64,000 nt of DNA from a bacterium (GTDB taxonomy: Bacteria > UBA8248), in contig CBDBZU010000004.1 in NCBI GenBank assembly GCA_965213625.1, positions 3,200,001 through 3,264,000 on the forward strand, read 5' to 3'. Of this stretch, positions 11,917 through 22,773 are shown one piece after another. Position numbers and translations under genes: made by a program. Numbering within the stretch: the first letter of the stretch is position 1; every line of letters starts with the position of its first letter. The notes beneath the pieces were generated by a model, which saw only the letters and a program-made list of their open reading frames with translations, did not search any database and was not told the DNA's origin.

Positions 11917-12861
11917 TTATTCGAACAAACTGCTCACGGAGGCATTCTCGTGAATCCGGCGAATCGCCTCGGCCAAAAGCCTCCCCACCTCCAGGACTTT
12001 GATGCGAGAGCAGCCTTTCGCTTTATCCGAAAGCGGTATCGAGTCGCTCACGACGAATTCGACGATGCTCGATTTCTCGATTCTCTCCACCGCCGGGCCC
12101 GACAAAACCGCGTGCGTGCAGCATGCGTATACCTGCCGTGCACCGGCCGCCATGAGCGCATCTGCGCCCTGGCTTATGGTGCCTGCCGTATCACAAAGAT
12201 CATCCACGACCAGGACATCGCATCCTCTCACGTCGCCGATGATGTTCATCACTTCCGAGTGGTTCGCCCGCTCTCGTCGCTTGTCGATGATGCCCAGACT
12301 CGCGTTCAGCCTTCGCGCGTGGTCCCGGGCTCTCTCCACTCCCCCGGCGTCGGGCGAGACAACCACCAAATCCTTCAATTCTTTCTTCTTGAAATACTCT
12401 ATCATGATGGGCGCCGAATACAGATGGTCCACGGGAATATCGAAAAACCCCTGTATCTGGCCCGCGTGTAAATCCATGGCGATGACCCTGTCCGCACCCG
12501 AGGCGGCCAGCAGGTTGGCGACGAGTTTCGCGGTAATCGGAACTCTGGGCTGCACCTTCCTGTCCTGACGCGCGTATGCGTAATAGGGGATCACCGCCGT
12601 GATGCGTTCGGCGGATGAGCGGCGGAATGCATCGAGCATGATGAGCATTTCCATCAGGTTCGCATTGCCGGGAGTGCACAGACTCTGCACGGCAAACACG
12701 TCCGCTCCCCGGATGTTCTCATTTATGCGGACGAATGTTTCCCCATCGCTGAAATCGATGATTTCAATCGAGCCGGGCCGGATGTACAACGAATCAAAAA
12801 TACTCTGGTTCAGTGCTGGATTCGACCGCCCGCCGAAGACCTTTAACTGATGTCCATTCAC
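11917..12861 (-). CDS. prs: Ribose-phosphate pyrophosphokinase
   Basis: FSDGE, PYYAYARQDRK, DLHAGQIQGFF, VSPDAGG, VDDLCDTAGT. Confidence 0.98.
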   Translation of the reverse strand: MNGHQLKVFGGRSNPALNQSIFDSLYIRPGSIEIIDFSDGETFVRINENIRGADVFAVQSLCTPGNANLMEMLIMLDAFRRSSAERITAVIPYYAYARQDRKVQPRVPITAKLVANLLAASGADRVIAMDLHAGQIQGFFDIPVDHLYSAPIMIEYFKKKELKDLVVVSPDAGGVERARDHARRLNASLGIIDKRRERANHSEVMNIIGDVRGCDVLVVDDLCDTAGTISQGADALMAAGARQVYACCTHAVLSGPAVERIEKSSIVEFVVSDSIPLSDKAKGCSRIKVLEVGRLLAEAIRRIHENASVSSLFE

Positions 12862-13005
12862 CGTTCCTGCTCACATAGTATTGTCAATTCAATCACAAAG
12901 AGCGATTTTTGATACTTGATTTTCCAAGCGGAGGCAAGTGGCGAGAGGCGAAATTCTCTCCAATTCCCACTATTTTAGAACTTTTGTCTTATTTTTCTAT
13001 TATTT

Positions 13006-13893
13006 TCATGAAAAACAAGTCTCCTGGAGTGGAGCCGCCACAAAACATTCACATTCCTTGCCCTTTTCAGACTCCCTGATTCGGATTGCCGCCCGCTCGG
13101 CCTCTCGTTTCCGGCGAAAAAAACCGAAAATCGTCGAGCCGCTACCGCTCATCATGGCTCTCACGGCGCCTTGCCGAACGAGTTCCTCACATAGGCGCTC
13201 AAGCTCGGGGAATCGGGGAAACACGATAGCTTGCAAATCATTCCCGTATTCATACCGACCCAGGCGCGCCGAGGTGTTTTTATTGTTGAAGGTCCATCCT
13301 TCCCGGCTCAGGATCTCACGGGACCAGCCATAGACATCCTGCGTGGACAAAGCCAAGGGCGGCTTGACCAACAGGAACCAGCCGCTCCGCAGGGTTGCTT
13401 TCGCATCGACTCGCTCGCCCCGCCCCCGGCACACCGCCGCCGGTCCACCGAGAAAAAACGGGACGTCCGAACCGACACGCGCGGCCACCTCGCTCAATTC
13501 CGCCTCCCCCATTCCGATATTCCAGGCCCGGTTCAGCGCCCATAGCGTTCCCGCCGCGTTGCCGCTACCCCCGCCCAGGCCTGCACCCGCGGGGATTTTC
13601 TTCTTCAGATAGATGCGCGCGCCGAGCCCTTTGCTTCCCGATGCTTCTCTCAAGGCCCTCGCCGCGCGATACACGATGTTCTCTCTGCCGCCCGGAACAT
13701 CACCCCGATCCGCATATACGAGAATCCTTTTGCCGCCCGGCTCGATTCGCACCTCATCATACAGCGATATCTGCTGCATCCACGTAATGAGCTCGTGATA
13801 GCCGTCGGCGCGCAGACCCAGAACCCTCAGGCACAAATTGAGCTTCGCAGGCGTTTTCAAAACTACGTGCTCGGAAACGTCCTTGTCGCTCAT
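13006..13893 (-). CDS. ispE: 4-diphosphocytidyl-2-C-methyl-D-erythritol kinase
   Basis: PAKLNLCL, KKIPAGAGLGGGSGNAA, GSDVPFF, MSGSGS; start at MSDKD. Confidence 0.95.
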   Translation of the reverse strand: MSDKDVSEHVVLKTPAKLNLCLRVLGLRADGYHELITWMQQISLYDEVRIEPGGKRILVYADRGDVPGGRENIVYRAARALREASGSKGLGARIYLKKKIPAGAGLGGGSGNAAGTLWALNRAWNIGMGEAELSEVAARVGSDVPFFLGGPAAVCRGRGERVDAKATLRSGWFLLVKPPLALSTQDVYGWSREILSREGWTFNNKNTSARLGRYEYGNDLQAIVFPRFPELERLCEELVRQGAVRAMMSGSGSTIFGFFRRKREAERAAIRIRESEKGKECECFVAAPLQETCFS

Positions 13894-13901
13894 AAAACGG
13901 G

Positions 13902-14741
13902 CTAACCTCCCAGCCAGAGCATTCTGGCGCCCCGGGGCGTCTCCAGGAGGAACAGATCGTCGGGGAGCGCCGTCTCCACCGCACCCTCGTCGGCGGGATA
14001 GGAGATGCGCAGCCGATTCTTCCCGCCAGTGGCCAGAATCTCCACCTGCGATGGACGCCACACGTTCCCGATCTTGATAAACCTGCCGTAGCGAACCACA
14101 ATCGCCCCCTGCGGTGTGCGAATTCCCATTTTCCCCACATGGAAATCGCGTGGCTCGAATTCGGCAAAACCCGAGACTACCCCTCCATATCCCCTCCTCA
14201 TCTCGAGCCGGTAGACAGAGCCCGATTTCTTCAAATCAAGATTTTCCTCACCCCCAAGCGCAGCGGCCCAATCTCCCAGCAAGAACCTGATGACTAATTC
14301 GCTGTTCAGCGGTATTCCCAGAATCTGCTCGATCCCCCGCCTGTTCGTCCTGCCCATGTATACCGTGTTGCGCGAGGGAGAATATGCGCGAAACAAGCCT
14401 CCCTGCGCGACAACGACCACCAGGGGCGTCCCGAACGGGGAGAGAGGCTCCAATCGCAGCGAGTCGGGCTTCCTCAAAACCAGGACCGCGTTGCCGGCAA
14501 ACGAACCCTGGGGAACCAGGGGGTTCGCGAGGCCTGATTCCGCCCGATCACCATGAAACCGCAACTGCATGAATACGGCCCCCCGATACGCGCGAGGAAA
14601 TTGCCTGGTCTTGAGTTTGGCGAATAATTCCGCGCGCGACACATCACGCAGCGGAACCTTCTCGACTTGCCTGGGTTGAAAAAGTGCGCAACCGGCCAGA
14701 GTGAAAAACGAGACTACCAGATAAAAACGCAATGTACGCAA
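13902..14741 (-). CDS. Outer-membrane lipoprotein, LolB/DUF4292-like
   Basis: Lipobox LAGC; LRLEPLSPFG beta-rich segment; position between a TPR gene and ispE where lolB usually lies. Confidence 0.6.
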   Translation of the reverse strand: MRTLRFYLVVSFFTLAGCALFQPRQVEKVPLRDVSRAELFAKLKTRQFPRAYRGAVFMQLRFHGDRAESGLANPLVPQGSFAGNAVLVLRKPDSLRLEPLSPFGTPLVVVVAQGGLFRAYSPSRNTVYMGRTNRRGIEQILGIPLNSELVIRFLLGDWAAALGGEENLDLKKSGSVYRLEMRRGYGGVVSGFAEFEPRDFHVGKMGIRTPQGAIVVRYGRFIKIGNVWRPSQVEILATGGKNRLRISYPADEGAVETALPDDLFLLETPRGARMLWLGG

Positions 14742-14826
14742 GAATCAGATGTCCCTGGAGAGAGGAGTCGAGATAATCCGGGCGAGAACCAGCGGGCGCG
14801 ACCAAGCGCGCAATAATCTCACAGCC

Positions 14827-16566
14827 CTACATGAGGGGTTTTTTCTGTTTGGGAAGGTGCGTTTGAATCTTTTGTTTTAGTTTTTCATTCTTCGGATCCG
14901 TCTCGGAGGCACGCTTCCAGTGGAGAAGCGCCTTTTCAACATCATTCAAGGCGAGATATATATCGCCCAGATGTTCGAGGATGACCGCGTCTTTCGGCAT
15001 CTTCGTCGCCGCGTGCTGCACCTTCACGAGCGCTTCCCGAAATCGGCCCTGGCGATAATAAATCCAACCTATGCTGTCGAGAAATGCGGCGTTTTCAGGC
15101 TCAATCGCCAAGGCGCGAACCAGAAGCTTTTCGGCCTCATCAAGGTTCTTGTCGAGTTCGGAGAACATATAACCCAGCAAGTTCATGGCGTTGGCGTGCT
15201 TTGGGTTTTTTTGAATTATCTTTCTGGTAGTCGCTTCCACGTTATCCCAGCGCTTGAGTTCGTAGTACACCGAGGCGAGAGAATACAAATAACCCTCCCG
15301 GTCGGGTTCCAGTTTCACCGCTTTCTGAGCATTGGGTAGAGCTTCGGCGAATTTCTTTTGCCTCGACAGCGACAAACCGCGCGTATAATACAGTCGGCCT
15401 TCCTCGGGATGGTGCTTCTCGGCTTTATCCAATATGTCACTCGCCTGCTTCCATTTTTTCTGGTCGATGTACAACCAGGCGAGTTGGATGAGCCCATCCA
15501 GCGACTGGGGCAGTAAAGACAATAACTCGAGAAGCTCCTCCTCGGCGCGCTTATATTGTTTCAGTTCTTCATATATTCTCGCGACATACTTGCGCACCAT
15601 TTCGTCTTTCGGATTTCTCGCCAGGACGAATCGAAATTCCCGAAGCGCATCCTGGTATTCTCTTTGATCGAAATTCAAAAAACCGAGCGTGCGGTGCACA
15701 CTCACGTTGTCGGGCTCCTCCGAACGGAGCACTTTGAACTCTTCCAGAGCCTGCTTCATATTCTTCTTTCGTATGTAGAGCTGCCCCAGGCGAGAGCGAA
15801 CGATTCGGTTGCCGGGTTCGATTGTTTGCGCTTTTTTGTAGGTCGCTTCCGCTTCGTCGAATTTTTCCTGCGCCTCATAGAGTCTGGCGAGCAGGAGCCT
15901 GCCGCGCGTGAATCTGGGCTGTCTCTCCAGGATTGTTAAAATTTCCCTCTCCGCCTCGGCGTATTTTTTCAAGCCCGCATAGGCTTGCGCGAGACTATAC
16001 CTGCCGAGAATGGGCCTTCTTCCCGACTTGACGAGGTCCTCCAGAATCTCGGCGGCTTTGGAATACTCGCGCAAATCCAGGTAGACGCTGCCCAGAAGCA
16101 GGCGCGTTTGCTGGTGATCGGGACTCATTTTCAGTAATTTTTTATAAATCGCTACGGCTTCGTCCAGTTTCATTCTGGAAGCGTAAATGCCCCCCAGGAC
16201 GAAGTGGGCCTCGAGGTTGTTCGCATCTTGCACCGTCGCCTTAATAGCGAATTTTTCGGCCTCGGCCAGTTTCCCCTGACGGACGAGAAGCGATGCCAGG
16301 CGAGTGGACAAGAACGAGGAGTTCGGATTGTACATGTCCGCCTGGACATAAGACGTTTCCGCATCTTTGAGGTTTCCGGCCAACTCTTCGCGATACCCGG
16401 CGATAAAATGAAAATAGGACTTCGACGTTCCCTTTATCTTGTCCGAAAACGGACGCAGCTTGACCACGGGCGCAGGCGCGGCGGGCTTCACCTCGGGTTC
16501 CAAAGGCGCGCATCCCGCCAGGATCAGAGCGAGGGGCAATATCATCTTGCCGTAGAATTTCAACAT
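14827..16566 (-). CDS. Tetratricopeptide-repeat lipoprotein
   Basis: Lipobox LAGC, many TPR units, C-terminal NLLGY...DSIGW...EHLGD pattern. Confidence 0.85.
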   Translation of the reverse strand: MLKFYGKMILPLALILAGCAPLEPEVKPAAPAPVVKLRPFSDKIKGTSKSYFHFIAGYREELAGNLKDAETSYVQADMYNPNSSFLSTRLASLLVRQGKLAEAEKFAIKATVQDANNLEAHFVLGGIYASRMKLDEAVAIYKKLLKMSPDHQQTRLLLGSVYLDLREYSKAAEILEDLVKSGRRPILGRYSLAQAYAGLKKYAEAEREILTILERQPRFTRGRLLLARLYEAQEKFDEAEATYKKAQTIEPGNRIVRSRLGQLYIRKKNMKQALEEFKVLRSEEPDNVSVHRTLGFLNFDQREYQDALREFRFVLARNPKDEMVRKYVARIYEELKQYKRAEEELLELLSLLPQSLDGLIQLAWLYIDQKKWKQASDILDKAEKHHPEEGRLYYTRGLSLSRQKKFAEALPNAQKAVKLEPDREGYLYSLASVYYELKRWDNVEATTRKIIQKNPKHANAMNLLGYMFSELDKNLDEAEKLLVRALAIEPENAAFLDSIGWIYYRQGRFREALVKVQHAATKMPKDAVILEHLGDIYLALNDVEKALLHWKRASETDPKNEKLKQKIQTHLPKQKKPLM

Positions 16567-16606
16567 AAAATGCAACCTCTCCAACAAATTCTCGCGCCGG
16601 ATATTA

Positions 16607-17104
16607 TCATAATTCAGATTTTCCATGCGTACGAATGTGGTAAATGAGTTTTTCCGCTGCGCGGCGTAACTGTTCATCCCCCACGTCGGCAATGGCGTCC
16701 TCTATGGCGGCGTCATCTCCGGAGGAAATCGGCGTCGCCTTTCTCGAAATCGCCGCAGAGTCAACCTCCTCGTCATCATAGTCAAACGTGATGCCTGCGT
16801 TCGAGAGCCTGAAGCGGATATCATCGATGCGAGAGTCCTCCATGTGCTCATTGATTCTCGCGAGCAAATCCTGCTTTCTGAACTCGAGTTCATGCACCCA
16901 GCTCGAGTCCGCCACTTCCACGTAAAGGCAACCCTTGCTGAGAGATACCGGCCGCGCCGCCCGGGAGATGCCCTCACCCACGGCCCTCGGCCAGATGCGA
17001 AACACGAAATTCCGGGCCAGACGCCTACCCCACGGCTCTTTTCGGCGCACTTCTCTCAGAATCGATGAAAACTTCCTGGGCTTCGAGAAGGGCCGCCTAC
17101 TCAC
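16607..17104 (-). CDS. dciA: DciA/DUF721 family protein (helicase-loader type)
   Basis: WPRAVGEGI..ARPVSL..GCLYVEVADSSWVHELEF..DLLARIN..IDDIRF domain pattern. Confidence 0.75.
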   Translation of the reverse strand: MSRRPFSKPRKFSSILREVRRKEPWGRRLARNFVFRIWPRAVGEGISRAARPVSLSKGCLYVEVADSSWVHELEFRKQDLLARINEHMEDSRIDDIRFRLSNAGITFDYDDEEVDSAAISRKATPISSGDDAAIEDAIADVGDEQLRRAAEKLIYHIRTHGKSEL

Positions 17105-17795
17105 TTACAGCACCCCTTTTCTCTGGAATTTCGGTGATTTCCTTGTTTTGCAGTTCCCCAATCGCCACCATGACGCGATCGATAATCTTCTGGCTCGCCT
17201 CTTTCGTGTTGGCGATTGCATACTCGTCGCTCAAATCCATCGGCGCCCCGAATCGCAACTCAACCCTCGTACCCGGGCGGGGCAGGGTCTTCCCCACCGG
17301 AATCACCCGGTCCGCCCCCGTGATTGAGACGGGTATGACCGTAGGGGTGGTATTCCTCACGATGCGGCCCACCATCCGGTTTCCCCGCTGGAGCCGGCCG
17401 TCGCGGCTCCGCGTGCCCTCGGGATAGAGGATCACTTTTCCCTCTCTGATATAGTCCTCGATCATGCGGATGGATTTTCTGTCCGCCCCGCCGCGCCTGA
17501 TGGGGAAACCCCGCCATTTGCGCAATATCCAGCCCACGACGGGGATGTCGAAAAGCTCTTCCTTCCCCGCCTGGCGAAGCAATTCTTCGGGATATTTCAA
17601 ATAAATGGCCCAGGGTATCACCAGGACGTCGAGGGCGGAGATATGATTGCTCAAGAAGAGGATGTTCCCACCCGGCGGGATGTTTTCCATTCCGGTGATT
17701 TTCATTTTCGTGAACAGGCGCACCAGAAGGCCCACGAAGCCGCGGCCCAGCTTAATCATCAACCGCTCGACCAATGGACCCGTACCTGCGATCAC
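17097..17795 (-). CDS. plsC: 1-acyl-sn-glycerol-3-phosphate acyltransferase
   Basis: NHISALD (HX4D) and YPEGTRS motifs. Confidence 0.9.
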   Translation of the reverse strand: MIAGTGPLVERLMIKLGRGFVGLLVRLFTKMKITGMENIPPGGNILFLSNHISALDVLVIPWAIYLKYPEELLRQAGKEELFDIPVVGWILRKWRGFPIRRGGADRKSIRMIEDYIREGKVILYPEGTRSRDGRLQRGNRMVGRIVRNTTPTVIPVSITGADRVIPVGKTLPRPGTRVELRFGAPMDLSDEYAIANTKEASQKIIDRVMVAIGELQNKEITEIPEKRGAVSE

Positions 17796-18036
17796 CTCGA
17801 AAATCTCCCCTCGCGCAGAGATGAAAAATCATTGAATTTCATGGTTTTCAATTGCCGAATCACCCAGCAGGCGTAGGGCGCAACCACTCGCAGGCGGACG
17901 CAGAAACATTATACCCCCACTCGTTGGAGAATAACACAGGGCGGTATTGAAAAATGAGGTTGCCCACCGAAGGTGGGGGTGCAATAATTCGCGCGCCTTG
18001 CAGAAATACAGCCATTCGCCCGAAGGGGAGCATTGC

Positions 18037-19416
18037 GTGTCCGGCATCAACCCACTGATATTCAGGGAATACGACATTCGCGGCGTGGTGGAAAAAGACC
18101 TCACGACCGAAATCGTCGAGACCATCGGCGGCGCTCTCGGCACGCACCTGGGCGGCGCGGGGGGGGCCGCCATCGCCGTGGGGCGCGACAACCGCTTCTC
18201 CTCACCCGATTTTTACGACGCGCTCCAGAAAGGCCTCACCGCTGCAGGCTGCCGCGTCATCGGAATCGGCATGGTGCCCACACCGGTGGTTTCCTTCGCG
18301 ACGCACCATCTCGACGTGGCGGGAGCCGTGCAGATAACGGGTTCGCACAATCCGCCGGAATTCAACGGCTTCAAGATCACCCGGGGGCGCGAGGCGATTC
18401 ACGGCGAAGAAATCCAGGAGTTAAGGAGAATCATCGAGGAGGGCCGGATCCACCGGGCCGAGACGCGGGGGACATTTGAGGAAGTCGACATCAGGCCCCA
18501 ATACATCGAGCGGGCTTCACAGGATCTGGCGCTCACGCGGCCCTTGAAAGTTGTCGTCGATGCGGGAAACGGGGTCGGCGGCACGGTGGCGCCCCAAGTC
18601 TTAAGAAAAATCGGCGCCGAGGTGGTGGAACTCTTCACCGAGCCGGATGCTTCTTATCCCAATCACCACCCGGACCCCACGGTGCCGAAAAACCTCGAAT
18701 CCCTGATAGCCAAGGTTCGCGAAACGGGCGCTGAGGCGGGCATCGGACTGGACGGTGATGGAGACCGCATCGGCGCGGTGGACGCCACGGGCAGAATCAT
18801 CTGGGGCGATGAGCTGCTCATGCTGCTTGCCGCGCCCATTCTGGCGCGAAGCCCGGGAGAGGCCATCGTCTTCGACGTGAAGTGCTCATCACGCCTGGCG
18901 GACGCCGTGAAGCGGATGGGCGGGCGTCCGGTGATGAGCGCAACGGGGCATTCGCTCGTGCGCGCCAAGATAGTGGAGGAGCGGGCCCCGCTGGGCGGCG
19001 AACTCTCCGGCCACATCTTCTTTGTCGACGGTTATCTCGGCTATGACGACGCCATCTATACCGCAGCCAGGCTCCTGCATCTTCTTTGCGACTCGGGTGA
19101 AACGCTCGCCGAGCGGGTGTCTAAAATTCCCACGTCGGTCTCCACGCCCGAGATAAGGGTCGCGTGCCCGGATGAGGAGAAATTCCAGATCGTCGAAGAC
19201 CTGAAGAACCACTTTAAGAACATCTATGAAACCATTGAAGTGGATGGCGCGCGTATAAACTTCGAGAAAGGCTGGGGCCTGATACGGGCATCGAATACGC
19301 AGCCTGTGCTCGTCATGCGCTTCGAGGCGCTCGATGAACCCTCCCTTCGCGCGTACCAGAGCGAAGTATACGAAGAGATAAAAAAATACCCCGCCGTCTC
19401 ACTGCCGGATGCGTAG
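18037..19416 (+). CDS. algC: Phosphomannomutase/phosphoglucomutase
   Basis: FREYDIRG, TGSHNPPEFNG, DGDGDR, GELSGH, RASNTQP; GTG start after GGGGAG. Confidence 0.92.
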   Translation: MSGINPLIFREYDIRGVVEKDLTTEIVETIGGALGTHLGGAGGAAIAVGRDNRFSSPDFYDALQKGLTAAGCRVIGIGMVPTPVVSFATHHLDVAGAVQITGSHNPPEFNGFKITRGREAIHGEEIQELRRIIEEGRIHRAETRGTFEEVDIRPQYIERASQDLALTRPLKVVVDAGNGVGGTVAPQVLRKIGAEVVELFTEPDASYPNHHPDPTVPKNLESLIAKVRETGAEAGIGLDGDGDRIGAVDATGRIIWGDELLMLLAAPILARSPGEAIVFDVKCSSRLADAVKRMGGRPVMSATGHSLVRAKIVEERAPLGGELSGHIFFVDGYLGYDDAIYTAARLLHLLCDSGETLAERVSKIPTSVSTPEIRVACPDEEKFQIVEDLKNHFKNIYETIEVDGARINFEKGWGLIRASNTQPVLVMRFEALDEPSLRAYQSEVYEEIKKYPAVSLPDA

Positions 19417-19996
19417 CCTCCGTGCACTCTACGAGTGGGTGCTGAGCTGGGCGGATTCGCGCTACGCCCTGCCCGCACTCATCGTCGTATCGACGACGGA
19501 ATCCGTCTTCTTCCCCATACCGCCGGACCCGCTCCTGATGGCCCTGGCGCTCGCCAGGCCGCAAAGAGCGTATCTCTACGCCGCCGTCTGCTCGGCGTCC
19601 TCCGTCCTGGGAGGCGCTCTGGGCTACCTGATCGGCTTTTATCTCCTGAAAAGCATCGGCGAGCCCATCATCGCGTTCTACGGCGTAGCGGATAAATTCC
19701 AGCTCGTTCAGGAATACTACCGCGCCTATGACGCCTGGGCGGTAGGCGTCGCAGGCTTCACGCCGATACCCTATAAAGTGTTCACGATTTCGGCCGGCGC
19801 GTTCGAAATCAATTTCCTGGTTTTCCTCGTCGCGTCAATTGTAAGCCGCTCGGCGCGCTTTTTCATCGAGGCCGCGCTCATCCACCGCTTCGGCCCGTCG
19901 ATAAGAAGTTTCATCGATCGCTACTTTAATTTATTGACCATCCTCTTTATCGTATTGCTTCTGGGCGGTTTTCTCCTGTTCAAAGGATTCTTCTAA
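19409..19996 (+). CDS. YqaA/DedA (VTT domain) membrane protein
   Basis: ESVFFPIPPD, GFTPIPYKVFTI motifs. Confidence 0.88.
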   Translation: MRSLRALYEWVLSWADSRYALPALIVVSTTESVFFPIPPDPLLMALALARPQRAYLYAAVCSASSVLGGALGYLIGFYLLKSIGEPIIAFYGVADKFQLVQEYYRAYDAWAVGVAGFTPIPYKVFTISAGAFEINFLVFLVASIVSRSARFFIEAALIHRFGPSIRSFIDRYFNLLTILFIVLLLGGFLLFKGFF

Positions 19997-21108
19997 TGGC
20001 CAGGCGCAACATGCCCTTGTGGGCGGTCATCATGGCGGGAGGCTCGGGAACGCGCTTCTGGCCCGTGAGCAGAAAGGCGAAGCCCAAGCAATTCCTCCCA
20101 CCGGGCGGGGGGATTCCTCTCAATAACGCCGGGCCCTCGCTGCTCGAAATGACGCTTAAGCGCATTCGCGGCCTCGCCCCGCCTGCGCGGACGCTCATCA
20201 TGGCCTCGGCGGCGCACCGGAAATTCTTGAGAGAACTCGACATCCCCAAGCGCAACGTCGTCTACGAGCCTGCGGCCAAAAACACCACGCCCTGCCTCGG
20301 CCTGGCGGCCCGCCTCATCGAATCGAGAGAGCCGGGCGCGCTCATGTGCGCCGTGCCCGCAGACCAGTTCGTCGGAAAAACGGGAGAGTTTCGAAAACTC
20401 GTCAAGGCGGGCGGGCGCCTGGCGTGCGAGCACGGATCGATAGTCTCGCTCGGGGTGACGCCGCACTCGCCAGAGACCGGTTACGGCTATATCGAGCGAG
20501 GCGAGCGCCTCACTACCAAAGTCGAAACAGAGGCTTTCCGCGTAAAGCGGTTCCGGGAAAAGCCACCGCTCGCACGAGCCAAAAGATATGCGGCATCCGG
20601 AAAACATTACTGGAACAGCGGCATCTTCGTCTCACAGGCCGCCCGCCTGATCGATGAACTCGAGGCCCACCAGCCCCGTCTGAGTGCGGCAATAAGCCGT
20701 GCGGCATCCGCGCACGAGAAACGCGACACCGCTTCTTTTGCGAAATTGTGGGAGAAGTGCGAGTCCATCAGCATCGATCATGCTGTGATGGAGAAATCGC
20801 GGAACCTCATCGTCTTGCCGGCCGACATCGGCTGGAGCGATCTCGGTACGTGGCCGGCTCTACGAGGCGTTTTGCCGCGCGATGAGGCCGGCAATGTCTG
20901 GATACTGCCCAGGGGAGGCAAAACTGAATCCATCGACGCGAGTAACCTTATCGTCCGCTCGAACAAGAAATTCGTCGCCGCAATCGGGGTCGAGGACATC
21001 ATCGTCGTCGAGACGGACGATGCGCTACTCATCTGCTCGATGGCGGATGCGGAAAATATCGGCGAGATGGTGAAAAATCTCGGAAAAGACGGCGCCAGAT
21101 TGCTATGA
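19996..21108 (+). CDS. manC: Mannose-1-phosphate guanylyltransferase (no cupin isomerase domain)
   Basis: AGGSGTRFWP, PKQF, PETGYGYI, WNSGIF, WSDLGTW. Confidence 0.92.
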   Translation: MARRNMPLWAVIMAGGSGTRFWPVSRKAKPKQFLPPGGGIPLNNAGPSLLEMTLKRIRGLAPPARTLIMASAAHRKFLRELDIPKRNVVYEPAAKNTTPCLGLAARLIESREPGALMCAVPADQFVGKTGEFRKLVKAGGRLACEHGSIVSLGVTPHSPETGYGYIERGERLTTKVETEAFRVKRFREKPPLARAKRYAASGKHYWNSGIFVSQAARLIDELEAHQPRLSAAISRAASAHEKRDTASFAKLWEKCESISIDHAVMEKSRNLIVLPADIGWSDLGTWPALRGVLPRDEAGNVWILPRGGKTESIDASNLIVRSNKKFVAAIGVEDIIVVETDDALLICSMADAENIGEMVKNLGKDGARLL

Positions 21109-21130
21109 ACCGCCCACCGGAAGATTAAAC

Positions 21131-21937
21131 ATGCTCTGGGAACACGCCCTCATTCTCGGCGTCGTGCAAGGCCTGACCGAGTTTCTGCCTGTCAGCAGTT
21201 CGGGACACCTCGTTCTGGGCCAGAACATTCTCGGGCTGAATGAACCCGAGTTGCTCTTCGACGTCCTGCTCCACGTCGGCACGCTCGCCGCCGTACTCGT
21301 CTTCTACGGAAAAGACCTCTGGCGCATCGCGCGGGGGTGGTGCGCGTCCCTGGCGGGGAGGGAATCAGACAACGGCGCGGCCAGAACCGGCTGGCTCCTG
21401 ATTCTCGGCTCGGTTCCTGCGGGGATTGTGGGCGTCTTTCTGGGTGGTCTGGTCGAGCACATGTTCGCCTCACCCAGGCTCGCCGCCTGCGCGCTGCTCG
21501 TGACGGGCGGCATTCTATGCCTGAGCGAACCCCGGGAGGGCGCAGGCCGTGGAGAAGCCGAAATGACGGCCAAAGACGCCCTCATCATCGGCGTTTTTCA
21601 GGCGTTCGCCATAATTCCGGGTATCTCGCGCTCGGGGGCGACCATCGCCGCCGCCCTCATGCGCGGGGTGGCGCGTGAGCAGGCCGCGCGCTTCAGCTTC
21701 CTGCTCTCGGTACCCGCCATTCTGGGCGCATTCGCGCTAAAAATAAAAGACCTGGAGGGCCCGCTCGGCGCAAAGCTGCTCCCCTACGCCGTCGGCGCGC
21801 TCGCCGCGGCGGTCGTCGGGGCGGTCGCCCTGGGATGGCTCATCCGGCTCGTGCGGGGCGGCAACCTGTCGCGCTTTCGCTACTACTGCTGGGGTGCGGG
21901 CGCACTGGCACTGCTCTACCTGTTCACTACGGGTTAG
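21131..21937 (+). CDS. uppP: Undecaprenyl-diphosphatase
   Basis: QGLTEFLPVSSSGH, PGISRSGAT, ARFSFLL. Confidence 0.96.
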   Translation: MLWEHALILGVVQGLTEFLPVSSSGHLVLGQNILGLNEPELLFDVLLHVGTLAAVLVFYGKDLWRIARGWCASLAGRESDNGAARTGWLLILGSVPAGIVGVFLGGLVEHMFASPRLAACALLVTGGILCLSEPREGAGRGEAEMTAKDALIIGVFQAFAIIPGISRSGATIAAALMRGVAREQAARFSFLLSVPAILGAFALKIKDLEGPLGAKLLPYAVGALAAAVVGAVALGWLIRLVRGGNLSRFRYYCWGAGALALLYLFTTG

Positions 21938-21947
21938 CGATGCTCGC

Positions 21948-22562
21948 CTAGTGCATGGGCGAGAAGGAAGAAGGCACCCAGATTTCTGAGTTCTGCGTGT
22001 CCAGGAACGGACGCGAGCCCGGAGGCCAGTTCGGCAGTTCGTGCGCTTTCTGGCGAATCTCGGCGCGGTGGTTCATGTCCTCATACGCCCAGACGTGAAT
22101 CCACTGGTTGAGGGGCCCCACGTCGGTCATGAAGAGCGCCGCCAGCGGGGAGAGCTCTTCCCTCGCCGCGATGTGCTCGGTCCAGCGGCTCAGGACCTCA
22201 CCCGTCTTGCCGGGCTGCACGGTGTAGGTTCTGAACTCATATACGCCGCCATACGCCCCCAGGCGCGGCTCGGGACGGAACGGGGGAGCCGTCAAAACCT
22301 TGCTCTCCTGCTCGAGTATGAGATGCCCGTTGGGCGGCGGCCACCAGTCCATCGACACCGTCTTGGCCCGCACCTCGGCGCGGTGATCCATGCTCTCGTA
22401 CTGCCAGATGTGCCTGACGCGGTTCAGGTCCCCGACCTCGGTATGGAAAAATCCCATGATCGGAGAAACCTCGTTTCTCTTGTCGATGACTTTTGAAAAA
22501 TTCTCCTCGAACTCGGCCACGCCGCCGACGGTCAACCGATAAGTGCGCATTTCATAAATCAT
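21948..22562 (-). CDS. NIPSNAP family protein (two domains)
   Basis: Tandem YEMRTY...HIWQYES and YEFRTY...HVWAYED repeats, ends FSPMH. Confidence 0.88.
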   Translation of the reverse strand: MIYEMRTYRLTVGGVAEFEENFSKVIDKRNEVSPIMGFFHTEVGDLNRVRHIWQYESMDHRAEVRAKTVSMDWWPPPNGHLILEQESKVLTAPPFRPEPRLGAYGGVYEFRTYTVQPGKTGEVLSRWTEHIAAREELSPLAALFMTDVGPLNQWIHVWAYEDMNHRAEIRQKAHELPNWPPGSRPFLDTQNSEIWVPSSFSPMH

Positions 22563-22773
22563 GCAACCTTCCTCCCGAATGGTTGTTGAAAAGGGATACG
22601 CCCCGAAGTTTAGGCTCTGGCGGCCCGGCGGGCAAGGACGAGAGGGCTTTATTCGCACCGAATCATTCACGCAAGCGCGAGCGGCGAAACCTCCCTGTTC
22701 AGGGTTGTTGGATTAGTCCTCCTCGCTCGAATTTGACCGCCTCCGGAATGACGAACAAAGCCGCACCGCCTTG

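Noticed and set aside
12862-13005. Expected tRNA-Gln between ispE and prs
   Set aside because: No cloverleaf or T-loop GTTCRA signature visible; AT-rich promoter-like DNA only
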